64,000 nt of DNA from Chiloscyllium plagiosum. Its lineage: Eukaryota. This document shows, in pieces, positions 54,008 to 64,000 of the stretch. Within the stretch, counting starts at the first letter, position 1. Each line of letters begins with the position of its first letter. Both the position numbers and the translations under genes were made by a program. The notes beneath the pieces are model-generated. The model was not told the origin of the DNA, did not search any database, and saw nothing but the letters and a program-made list of their open reading frames with translations. The stretch covers positions 82,650,046 through 82,714,045 of the forward strand of contig NC_057711.1 in the NCBI RefSeq assembly GCF_004010195.1, read 5' to 3'.

Positions 54008-54360
54008 ACTCTAAAAGTTTGTGTGCTTGGGTCCCACTCAAGTCTTAAGCATATAATTTTGAATGGCACTTTTTTTTTCAGTATGCAAGACAGCCAGCCT
54101 CAGAGGAACACTAGAACAGGAGGAAGTCATTTTATGCCTTTAGTCTATTCTGCCGTTCAATGTGATCATGGCTGGCCAAACTTCATGGACTAGCCATTGC
54201 ATCATATCCCTTAATATTTTTTGGGTGACATGTTAAAATAAGGTCTCATCTATCCTTTCAAAAGATCCCACAACATGATTTAAAAATCAATGAAAGCCCT
54301 GGCCAATATATATCATTAAACCAAAAACAGATGATCTGACCACGTATTTGCTTCCGTGGT
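54008..54360 (+). mobile_element. Ancient DeuSINE-like (SacSINE1/AmnSINE-type) fragment, interrupted by a CR1 tail fragment at about 54110-54215
   Basis: gtgacatgttaaaataaggtc...aaaagatcccaca...cctggccaatat...aaacagatgatctg resembles the Deu domain as I recall it; not checked against a library. Confidence 0.5.
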
Positions 54361-55790
54361 GTCAGACTCTGAAAGTTATATGTAGATTGAAATTTATCAA
54401 CAATTATACAGTTTTGAAATAAGTTGATCAGAATTAAATGAAACCCTGACTGGAAAATTAAATGAATTCATCTTATGCTGTCAACTACAGAAGATCATAA
54501 AGTGGCAGGAAATGGCTCCCTGCTAGGTGATAGGAAAATACATCATAAAATAGTTGAGTAACCGTAGCAACTATAAGTAGTTTTGTTGCAATTTGCCACA
54601 GGGCACCTGACACAACTTCCTGAGAAGTTAGTTAACAAGGCACAAAGCTGTCACATAAATCCTTGCTTCCTGTCTTTCCCAGCTCCCTGCGAGCACCAGA
54701 GATTGTACTTCACCAAAGTGTATTTGCACAATAATTTGAACTGCGCTTGGAAGGCTTTGTTCACATTTATTGTGCTGCAAGCATGATTGGCGATCTTTGA
54801 GCAAAACAAATAGCCAGGATTGAGAATCAGCGATTAGTATTTTTAACTTATTTATAATGGATCCATATTTAAAGAGATTAAAAAAAACATTTGTTTTGCA
54901 AGCTTTTTAAAAAATTGTTCATAGGATGTGAACATTGCTGCCTAGGCCAACATTTATTTCCATCTGAGATCCAAGTTATTTAATCGAATATGCTCATCTG
55001 TTATAAACAATACCTTATAAACTTTACACTTGCCAATGATTTCTGTTAGTGATTAATATAAAAAGAAAATGCTTCTTTCACAGAACTTGATTTTAAGCCA
55101 AAGGGAAATTAATTTAAAATTATGTGTCAGCTTTCACCCACATCCCCATTTTTTCAATGATTCTTCAGGACATATTGTAAACTGTTTTTCCTCCCCTTAA
55201 TTTGATATGGTTCATCATTTATCAAATCCTGAAATTAATTTTGTTGTTATTAAGCACTGAGATACAGGGAATAATTTAGCAAACAAAAGGTAAATTTACT
55301 ATCTTATGACTGCACGTGAGAACCTGAGATAATTTGCATCTGTCAACAAGTCATACTAGGTTTCCGCTCATTGAGGGAGTCATGTCATGTGTGGGCATGT
55401 CAGCTCATTATGCTATGTAAGCTGCTGCCATGATGAACGTTGCTGCCATCACTCTCTGTAACCATTTGTAGAAAGTGTTGTAGAGGAATACCATATCCTA
55501 CTGTATATAGAAGAATCTTCTGTAGTTCCAAGACATAGATTATTGCATGTTATCAGCGAGTTGCAGGTTATTTTAATATGATAGAAGTTGTTACAATGAC
55601 TTTGAGGAAGATCAGATGTTAGCTGTCATGCTTTTGAGACCCTAAGCTTTTCTGCCTATTGTGCATAGTGGTGCTACTTATGACACTCTTCAAGGAGAAA
55701 GTGAGGACTGCAGATGCTGGAGATCAGAGCTGAAAATGTGTTGCTGGAAAAGCGCAGCAGGTCAGGCAGCATCTAAGCAACAGGAGAATC

Positions 55791-55818
55791 GACGTTTCGG
55801 GCATAAGCCCTTCTTCAG
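55791..55818 (-). ncRNA. Minimal type I hammerhead ribozyme core (intact)
   Basis: Minus strand reads CTGAAGA-a-gggc-ttat-gccc-GAAA-cGTC. Confidence 0.65.
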
Positions 55819-56158
55819 GAATGAGGAAAGTGTGTCCAGCAGGCTAAGATAAAAGGTAGGGAGGAGGGACTTGGGGGAGGGGCGTTGGAAATGCGATAGG
55901 TGGAAGGAAGTCAAGGTGAGGGTGATAGGCCGGAGTGGGGTGGGGGCAGAGAGGTCAGGAAGGCGGTGCTGAGTTCGAGGGATTTGACTGAGACAAGGTG
56001 AGGGGAGGGGAATTCATAGGATATGTGGAACAGTCCATCTTCCGCAGCTACACTGGCACCACCCCCCACCTTTTCCTCCGTTACATCGATGACTGTATCG
56101 GCGCTGTCTCGTGCTCCCACGAGGAGGTTGAACAGTTCATCCACTTTACCAACACCTT

Positions 56159-56219
56159 NNNNNNNNNNNNNNNNNNNNNNNNNNNNNNNNNNNNNNNNNN
56201 NNNNNNNNNNNNNNNNNNN
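56159..56219. other. Assembly gap (N run)
   Basis: Run of n. Confidence 1.
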
Positions 56220-56550
56220 TATAAACCAACCGACTCCCACAGCTACCTAGACTACACCTCCTCCCACCCTGCCCCCTGTAAAAACGCCATCCCATCTCTG
56301 CCGCATCTGCTCCCAGGAAGACCAGTTCCAAATTCCTACAACCCAGATGGCCTCCTTCTTCAAGGACCGCAATTTCCCTCCAGACGTGGTCGATGATGCC
56401 CTCCACTGCATCTCTTCCACTTCCTGCTCCTCCGCCCTTGAGCCCCGCCCCTCCAACCGCCACCAGGACAGAACCCCACTGGTCCTCACCTACCACCCCA
56501 CCAATCTCCATGTACAGCGTATCATCCGCCGTAATTTCCGCCACCTCCAA

Positions 56551-57020
56551 NNNNNNNNNNNNNNNNNNNNNNNNNNNNNNNNNNNNNNNNNNNNNNNNNN
56601 NNNNNNNNNNNNNNNNNNNNNNNNNNNNNNNNNNNNNNNNNNNNNNNNNNNNNNNNNNNNNNNNNNNNNNNNNNNNNNNNNNNNNNNNNNNNNNNNNNNN
56701 NNNNNNNNNNNNNNNNNNNNNNNNNNNNNNNNNNNNNNNNNNNNNNNNNNNNNNNNNNNNNNNNNNNNNNNNNNNNNNNNNNNNNNNNNNNNNNNNNNNN
56801 NNNNNNNNNNNNNNNNNNNNNNNNNNNNNNNNNNNNNNNNNNNNNNNNNNNNNNNNNNNNNNNNNNNNNNNNNNNNNNNNNNNNNNNNNNNNNNNNNNNN
56901 NNNNNNNNNNNNNNNNNNNNNNNNNNNNNNNNNNNNNNNNNNNNNNNNNNNNNNNNNNNNNNNNNNNNNNNNNNNNNNNNNNNNNNNNNNNNNNNNNNNN
57001 NNNNNNNNNNNNNNNNNNNN
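56551..57020. other. Assembly gap (N run), probably covering the PLE GIY-YIG domain
   Basis: Run of n between the RT C-terminal region and the terminal repeat. The content is inferred. Confidence 0.95.
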
Positions 57021-57147
57021 CCCCACCCCCCTCCGGCCTATCACCCTCACCTTGACCTCCTTCCACCTATCACATTTCCAACGCCCCTCCCCCAAGTCCC
57101 TCCTCCCTACCTTTTATCTTAGCCTGCTGGACACACTTTCCTCATTC

Positions 57148-57175
57148 CTGAAGAAGGGCTTATGCCCGAAACGTC
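57148..57175 (+). ncRNA. Minimal type I hammerhead ribozyme core (intact)
   Basis: CTGAAGA-a-gggc-ttat-gccc-GAAA-cGTC. Confidence 0.65.
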
Positions 57176-58229
57176 GATTCTCCTGTTCCTTGGATGCTGC
57201 CTGACCTGCTGCGCTTTTCCAGCAACACATTTTCAGCTACTTATGACACTCCTCAATCTTAACCCTTTCTCATCTATGTACAACATAAATGAGGTATAAA
57301 TGCAGATCTACAGAAAATCAGAGTCATGTGCATCAAAAATATAAATACATTTAACTCATATCTCACGATAATGAAAAAATTATTTTTGTGTTTAGTTGAC
57401 TGCTGAAAAGCAACTTCAAGCTTTGATGTTTTTCTTTAAGGGGCATCTCCAGATAATTGGAAAGTGAACCTTGAATTCAATCTCTCCAAATACTTATTAC
57501 TTATTTTTGGATTTTTTTTGCCTACCTCCCATCTGTATTCTCTTCTAAAATTTCCCTCTATCAGCAATTAATTATGCAAAAACCTTCCAGAATTGTAAGA
57601 ATGTCATTAAAGACTTTATTATGTTAACTGACAATTGAATCCAATATGGACCTTGATTCTGGTAGGGTTATATTAGGTGCTGCAAAGAGGAAAAAGGAAC
57701 ATTATGTCAGGGAAGAACAGATTATAGGGTAGTGGGAAAGTGCTTGAATTAGCAGGAAGTAACTATTCTGCAAAAGATTGTGTTGGAGCCTCAACTATTC
57801 ATTGAATTAATGAACAAATTATGATTACAAAGTTACGTATGTAGAATTGTTAACAAAACAAAGGTACAACAGATTGTTACTAATGTAAGTGGAATCATCA
57901 GACTTATTTCTCATTCTGTCTGGGTATGTCCTTCCAATTCCACTCGTTTAATTCTACTTTGTCTCCCATTACACCATGACCTACTGACCAGCCTTGAACT
58001 CTCGGTTTTATGCTTCATGTTCATTTTGTTTTCATTTTCTTTTACTTTGCAATTAATAGCAAGCTTAACACTCATCCTAGGAATATGTTATAACAGGAAC
58101 ACTGAAGATGAGAAAGCTACTTTATAATGTGGGGTTTGCAGAGCAGAGATTATTGAGCCTGTGTCAAAGAGAAACATAGAAACTACTGCCTCACCTGTCA
58201 CCTTGCAAATACTTCTGCAAAGGCCTCTT

Positions 58230-58450
58230 TGCGCTGTATACACTTCTTTTGCAGCACTATGTGATATGGGGTCATTTGGTGACATTAATGTGTTTTTGAC
58301 TCCGTTTGGACTCAGAATTATTTCAAACTCTTCTAACATTGAGTGCCGACCACTATCTGCCACTAGTACCTCTCGTCCACAAATTGCAAATCAGTTTCTC
58401 AAAGCGTCAATAGTTTTGGCATTTGGAATTTCTCACCTTCACAGTTTTTA
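58230..58450 (-). mobile_element. Highly decayed Gypsy-type integrase fragment
   Basis: KTIDALRN*FAICG/EVLVADSGRHSMLEEFEIILSPNGVKNTLMSPNDPISHSAAKE aligns by eye with the rve consensus GLPEVLVSDNGPQFTSEEF..FL..NGIKH....PYHPASNGAAER. Confidence 0.65.
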
Positions 58451-58719
58451 AGCCAGTCATTCATGACATAATTGAGCTTTTGACTGAGCACCATACCCTT
58501 GTGATTTTCTTCACTAACTTTTGTAGCAAATGCTGACATACCACCTGCATGTGTAAAATAATTCACAGATTTCTGAATATGATGCAGTCACAAAGTAATC
58601 TTCTAAATTGTTCAAATTTGATCACAGATGAGTTACAATGTTCTTCAGACCTTAATTGCTCAAATAAATGTGAAAAAGAATTCTGCCCAGTATTGTCATC
58701 ATGTTTCTGTTGTTTATTA

Positions 58720-59200
58720 CATTGAGTAATCACAATACGTAAGGATATTAGTGAAAAAGGACCTGACCTCAAATGATCAAGAAGTAGAATCAGTATGGGT
58801 GGAATTGGAATATCAAAAGTCAAAAAAAGCTGACTGAAGTAGTTTATATGCACCCTCAAACAGGTTATATATAGACAAATTAAGCAATGATTGGACCTTG
58901 TAATATAGGCAATGTATTAATTGTGAGGGACCTTTCACCTTCATTTAGACTGGAGCAATCAAATTGGCAAAGGTGGTCCAGTACATGAGTTTGTAGAATG
59001 CTTTGTTGTGACAGTTTCCTGGAGTAATATGTTGTACATTAAAGTGATTAACTCCAGACACAAACAAGAAGCTTAAATTTAAATAAAACCATTTATCTAG
59101 ATATGAGGGGAAAATTGGCTAAGGTTAACTGATTAAATCGACTAAAAGAAATGGCAGTAAGTGAACTGTAAGTAACACTTAAAGCAATAAGCAAAACCTT
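58720..59200 (+). mobile_element. Old CR1 endonuclease fragment
   Basis: EVESVWV...VVYMHP...LIVRD..LHLDWSNQIG..EFVEC remnants. Confidence 0.6.
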
Positions 59201-59365
59201 TTCAATTCATCTTTGGATGGAAGCATCATCCACCGCTTTTCCACTTGATTGTACTTACCTTGTTTCATTCTTTCTGATTAGCATTGACTACATTAACATC
59301 TATTACAATTTTCCCCAGATTGTAGCATCTGATATTATGCAGCCTTAAGCTAGAGATTCCACATG

Positions 59366-59704
59366 TAGATTAGATTAGATTACATTAGATTAGATTAGAT
59401 TACATTACAGTGTGGAAACAGGCCCTTCGGCCCAACAAGTCCACACCGACCCGCCGAAGCGAAACCCACCCATACCCCTACATTTACCCCTTACCTAACA
59501 CTACGGGCAATTTAGCATGGCCAATTCACCTGACCCTGCACATCTTTTGGACTGTGGGAGGAAACCGGAGCACCCGGAGGAAACCCACGCAGACACGGGG
59601 AGAATGTGCAAACTCCACACAGTCAGTCGCCTGAGGCGGGAATTGAACCCGGGTCTCAGGCACTGTGAGGCAGCAGTGCTAACCACTGTGCCACTGTGCC
59701 GCCC
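59366..59704 (-). mobile_element. HE1-type SINE (young, full-length)
   Basis: Reverse complement of 3761-4080 with only about three substitutions visible, and a longer (tctaa/tgtaa)n tail. Confidence 0.93.
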
Positions 59705-60729
59705 ACGGTGTATTTTTGAGGAATTCAGTTATCATAGTTATTTTGAGGTTTACAGGTAATCCCATTATTCCATTGATGTCAAGAAGTCTTCTTTGGAGCC
59801 TCCTTTCCTTTACCTTAATGCCTCCCTCTTCTGCACCTCTTGGAGACTGATCCTCATTCTCCTTCCTGAAGTGCAGCCTTCTTCTTCTCCAATTCTTGTC
59901 GTCACCTCCTCCCTTGCAGCTACCTCCTTCCCTTCCTTTGCAGCTGCCCAATATCCACCTTGCAGTTTCCTCTTTACTCCCAATTGCTTGCAGCATTCTG
60001 CTTCCTTATTACTTTGCACGGTCCTCCATCACCCCCTTCCTTCACCCTTGCACCCTCCTGTATTCTCTTACACTGCTCCAACTCCCATGCCTCATAGCAG
60101 GCAGAAGCTCCAAATCCAGCTGACAGTAATCCTTGTAGCACGCTTGTCAACCTCTGTGTTCGAGCCTTGAACTTTGCCAGCTCAAGCTGAAGGGTGGAAT
60201 ATTACATCATTCACCAGCACTCTTGATCAATGCAGAGACTCTCATGGTGGTCATCTTACATTTGCGATTAGACTGAGGGCCAGAAGCTGGTGAGTACATC
60301 AAGACAAGTCTGATTAGCTGACTGAGATTATGACAGCTGGGGCCATTGAGGTTAATGTGGGACTCAAGCAGCAACTCTGAGCACATACAAAATTTCCTTA
60401 TCAGCTTAAAAACTGCAGCATTGCGTTTCTCTCAATCTTCTTGTCAGTCTGATTAATTTATGAATACAATATTATGATGTCTTTATATCTCAGGCTGTCT
60501 TTAAATCAGCAATCTCAGTAAACCAATCATTTTGAAATAATGCCATTTACATGTCTAGAAATCTAATAAATACAGACTGTAATTTGCAATATTGTCAAAT
60601 TATTAAAAGAATAATTGCATGCTCCTCTCTGACAAGCACATTCTAAACAACGTATTTTGTTCTGTATATTTTGATTGACCTGCACAATTTAACAAGGGAA
60701 ACAGCCTGTCAGCTCCCTCAAGAGGGTTT

Positions 60730-61200
60730 TAATAAGATCACTTGCCATTCTTCTAAATTTCACTGGATACAGGCCCTAGCTCTTTAACTGTTTTTCATAA
60801 GATTACCCCTCCAACTCAGGTTCAACAGATCTATTCTGAACTGCTCTTCATCTAATCATATTTTTTCTTAGTAAGCAGACCAAACCTATACACAATACTC
60901 CAGATGTGGTCTAATTAAGGCCCTGTACAATTGCAGCAACACTTCTCTTTTAATTGATTCCCTTTGCAATAAAGGCCAATGTTCTATTTGCCCATCTGCA
61001 TGCCAACTTCTTATGATTCACCTACCAAGACACCCCTCCCAAAAGTACTCTCCATCTCTGTGTTCTGTAGCATCTCTCCATTCATACAATACACAGCTTT
61101 TCTATGCGTTCTATCAAAGTGGACAAGTTTGCATTTCTCGAATGATATTCTTCTGTCAAATTAGTCCCTCACTTAACCTTCCAAAACCCTTCTGGAACCT
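60730..61200 (-). mobile_element. Old CR1 RT C-terminal fragment
   Basis: acacaatactccagatgtggtctaattaaggccctgtacaattgcagc reads LQLYRALIRPHLEYCV on minus. Confidence 0.75.
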
Positions 61201-61454
61201 TTTTCTGTTCTCTGAAAGCTTAGCTTTTTATTTAGATTTAAATCCACTCATGTATAAGTCTCTGTCCAAGTTGTTGTAGTCATGGGGCCTCCTTCATTAA
61301 AGTTCTCATGTTGAACATACTGCTGTGTTTTATACATGATATCGGAAATAGTGAGCATCCAGATTTGAAAAAAAAACACAGCTGCAGAGCTGTGAGATGT
61401 CACTGAAAAAAATACGACAACGAAGATCATAGTGGAAATACTGCTTTGGAGAAA

Positions 61455-63810
61455 ATGAATGCAGCATTTCCCCTACCAACTCCAGTTCGCAATACTGGCG
61501 ATACAAGGCAAAACTGGGAAATATTTCATGAACAATGGCAGAATTATGCACAAAGCAACAGTTTTAGAACCAAAGAACCATAGAAATGATACAGCACAGA
61601 AAGGGGCCATTTGGCCCATCTTGTCCATGCTGACCCAAAGACACTCAAATGCCCTTGTTAATCTTATCTTCTTGCACACAGCCCATAGCCCTGCATTTTC
61701 TAGCATTTAAGGTGCAAATCCATACATTTTTAACAAATGTTTTGGGTCTCTGTCTCCACCACCAACTCAGGCAGCAAATGCCAGACTCCACTACCCTCCG
61801 CATAAAAAAGATTTTTCTCACATCCCCTCTAATCCTTCTGCTACTTACTTTGAATCCAAAACACATTTTTTTTAACTTGCTGCCAACAGAAACTGACCTC
61901 CTCTGTCTACATTATCTCTACCCCTCCCAATTTTGTGTACTTCAATCCTGTCATGCCTCAGTCTTCTCTATTCCAAGGAAAATAATCCCAACCTCGCCAA
62001 TCTCTCCTTCTAGCTACAATTCTCCAGTCCTGGCAACATTCTAGTAAATCTTCTCTGCACTCTCTCCAGAGCAATTACATCTTTACTGTAATGTGACGGC
62101 CAGAACTGCACACGATGCTCCAGTTATGACCTCACCAGTGTCCTATACAATTTCATCATTACATCCATACTTTGTATTCCATATCACTGCCAATGAAGGA
62201 GAGCATTCTATATGCTTTCCTTACAATCTTATCTACCTTTAGGGACCTGTGCACTTGCATGCTAAGATCTCTCACTTCATTTACCCCTCTCAGTATATTC
62301 CCATTTATAGTGCATTCTTCTTTACTGTTTAACCTCTCTAAATGCATTACCTTACACTTATAGAGTCATAGAGATGTACAGCATGTAAACAGACCCTTCG
62401 GTCCATGCCAAGCAGATGTCCCAACCCAATCTAGTCCCACCTGCCAGTACCCGGCCCATATCCCTCCAAACCCTTCCTATTCATATACCCATCCATATGC
62501 CTCTTAAATGTTGCAATTGTACCAGCCTCCACCACTTCCTCTGGCAGCTCATTCCATACCCGTACCACCCTCAGTGTGAAAATGTTGCCCCTTAGGTCTC
62601 TTTTATATCTTTCCCCTCTCACCCTAAACCTATGCCCTCTAGTTCTGGACTCTCCCAACCCAGGAAAAAGACTTTGCCTATCTTCACTGATCCTCTTTGT
62701 CACTTTCTCAAAGAATTCAATCTGTAAGGCATGACCTTCCCTTAGCAAACTCATGCTGACTATGTGTGGCTACTCTATGCCTTTCTAAGTGACAGTTTAT
62801 CTCATCTCTCAGGATGATTTGTTGAGAAAACCAGAACAAGTGCAGGCTGCTACACTTTGATCGTGTTTTGAAGAGACTATTTCAAAATTTACTTCGCCCT
62901 AAATCCCACCAAAGAATAGAAAAACACATGGCAAAAATTTTTAAAGATTTGAAGGCAAGCTTGGAGCCCCGGGGTGAAGATTACATTAAACAACACATAT
63001 TTAATGCTTGACAACAATGTGAAAAAGAGTCAATTAATTAATACATAATGCCATTAACTCAGCTCACAGAAACCTGTCAATTTACACTGTTAGAGGATGA
63101 ACTAATTAAAGTCAGGATTGGTCTTGGAATAAAGAATCCAAAAGTGAAAGCACTCCTATTGAGAGATGACAAATGTAATCTCAGGTGGGGGATTGACCTG
63201 TGTAGAAGTGCCAAGGCTGTGAATCAACAGCTAGCGTACATTCTTGGCAGATGGCTGAGCAAACCAGGTCATGCGTTATGCTGACTGTAGGCTGAAGGGG
63301 CAGAACAATCACAGACAAGAGATAGGATGGAAATATTGTGGAAGTCATCATGCAGAAGGGGAGAAAACATTTCCAGTGGGGGAAAATCAGATTTCCACTG
63401 CAAAAAGCTGAATGATTTTACATACAAGTATATGGCTAAAAAGAAGCAGAACAAGCAGCTATAGACGGCCACTGAAAAGATAATGGCTGAAGATACTAAT
63501 GAATACATCATTCAAAAGGCTGATTCAGTGAAATTAGTAGGTGAGACATAGTTTGTGACTGTTGGCATGAGAACTGCAAAGGAGAATATCAAGTCAGCAT
63601 AAAATTTTAATTAAACATAGCTGCATTATGCAACAACATGACCTTCACAGATCTGTGCAAAGTGGTTCGATGTAGCAATCTAAAAATGAAGTCAACTAAA
63701 GTGAGGTTAAGGTGAGATGATAGCACCATTGTTATACCGAGAGGATAGATTACTCTGTCAGTGCATTGCAATAACATGAATGAGAATTTGGACTTCCGGA
63801 TGGTAGAAAG
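61455..63810 (+). mobile_element. Decayed Gypsy/Ty3 gag-protease, split by CR1 insertions (61566-62820)
   Basis: PTPVRNTGDTRQNWEIFHEQWQNYA before the insertion. After it: KPEQVQAATL, LTQLTETCQFTLLEDELIKVRIGLGIKN..KALLLR..IDLCRSA (gag) and KF*LNIAALCN (degenerate FQLDTGASCN protease site, about 63601-63633). Confidence 0.7.
61566..62820 (-). mobile_element. CR1 RT to 3' end with a younger CR1 3' end nested at about 62360-62682
   Basis: The host shows RGDVRKIFFMRRVVE and [13 protein letters not shown]. The nested copy has a tagagtcatagag tail and RGHRFRVRGERYKRDLRGN. Confidence 0.85.
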
Positions 63811-63824
63811 TAAGCAAATGCGAT

Positions 63825-64000
63825 TAGAGGTTTAGATGGGATTCGATATGAAATTTTTTCATTCAGAGGATTGCTGGCATTGAAATTCCTGAAAGGGTGA
63901 AAGAAGCTGAAACTTGCACATCATTTAAAACTGCTTGCATGGTCACTTGAAGAGTCATAGCTCAAAAGGTAGAAGATTAAATGTTGGAAAGGCTGACTAG
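63825..64000 (+). mobile_element. Old CR1 3' fragment
   Basis: ttttttcattcagagg...catcatttaaaa...aatgttggaaa resembles other CR1 3' ends in the window. Confidence 0.5.

Larger units (their letters stand above)
55694..57238 (+). mobile_element. Penelope-like element (family A) with RT fragment and inverted terminal repeats; two N gaps
   Basis: RT core FLRYIDDCIG; YKPTDSHSYLDYTSSHP; PLVLTYHP. Left arm at about 55728-55945 is inverted to the right arm 57021-57238. 21-bp TSD gctacttatgacactc(t/c)tcaa at 55673-55693 and 57236-57256. Confidence 0.92.

Noticed and set aside
50361..57204. Long ORFs of about 150-300 aa containing X runs
   Set aside because: Their length is an artefact of N gaps.
11616..57238. 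Recurrent palindromic repeats as a CRISPR-like array or DNA-transposon MITEs
   Set aside because: They are dispersed, with no repeat-spacer periodicity and no cas genes. The arms are asymmetric, TSD lengths vary (10-21 bp), and the sequences match PLE termini.
59760..60180. Pyrimidine-rich segment with overlapping ORFs (possible Harbinger-like relic)
   Set aside because: Low-complexity composition explains the ORFs, and I could not identify a catalytic motif.

Overview
Eukaryotic, repeat-dense DNA from a cartilaginous fish (shark or ray), inferred from HE1-type tRNA-derived SINEs that share their 3' end with HER1/CR1 LINEs. I find no recognisable host protein-coding gene, so the window looks intronic or intergenic. 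The recognisable ORFs in the track are decayed retroelement fragments or their antisense shadows. The window holds many CR1 LINE copies, two L1-clade LINEs (one apparently full-length), a Rex1/Babar fragment, Gypsy relics with a clean solo LTR, SINEs and three N gaps. The most notable content is about ten Penelope-like element (PLE) insertions from at least four sequence families. They share one terminal module: a minimal hammerhead-ribozyme core, a downstream stem closed by the extreme end, and a 28-38 nt tail that is missing from the inverted arm of the fold-back copies. Seven carry 10-21 bp target-site duplications (TSDs). Several repeat-free AT-rich stretches carry enhancer-like motif clusters. 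Family names come from motif recognition by eye rather than database searches, and boundaries of decayed copies are approximate.
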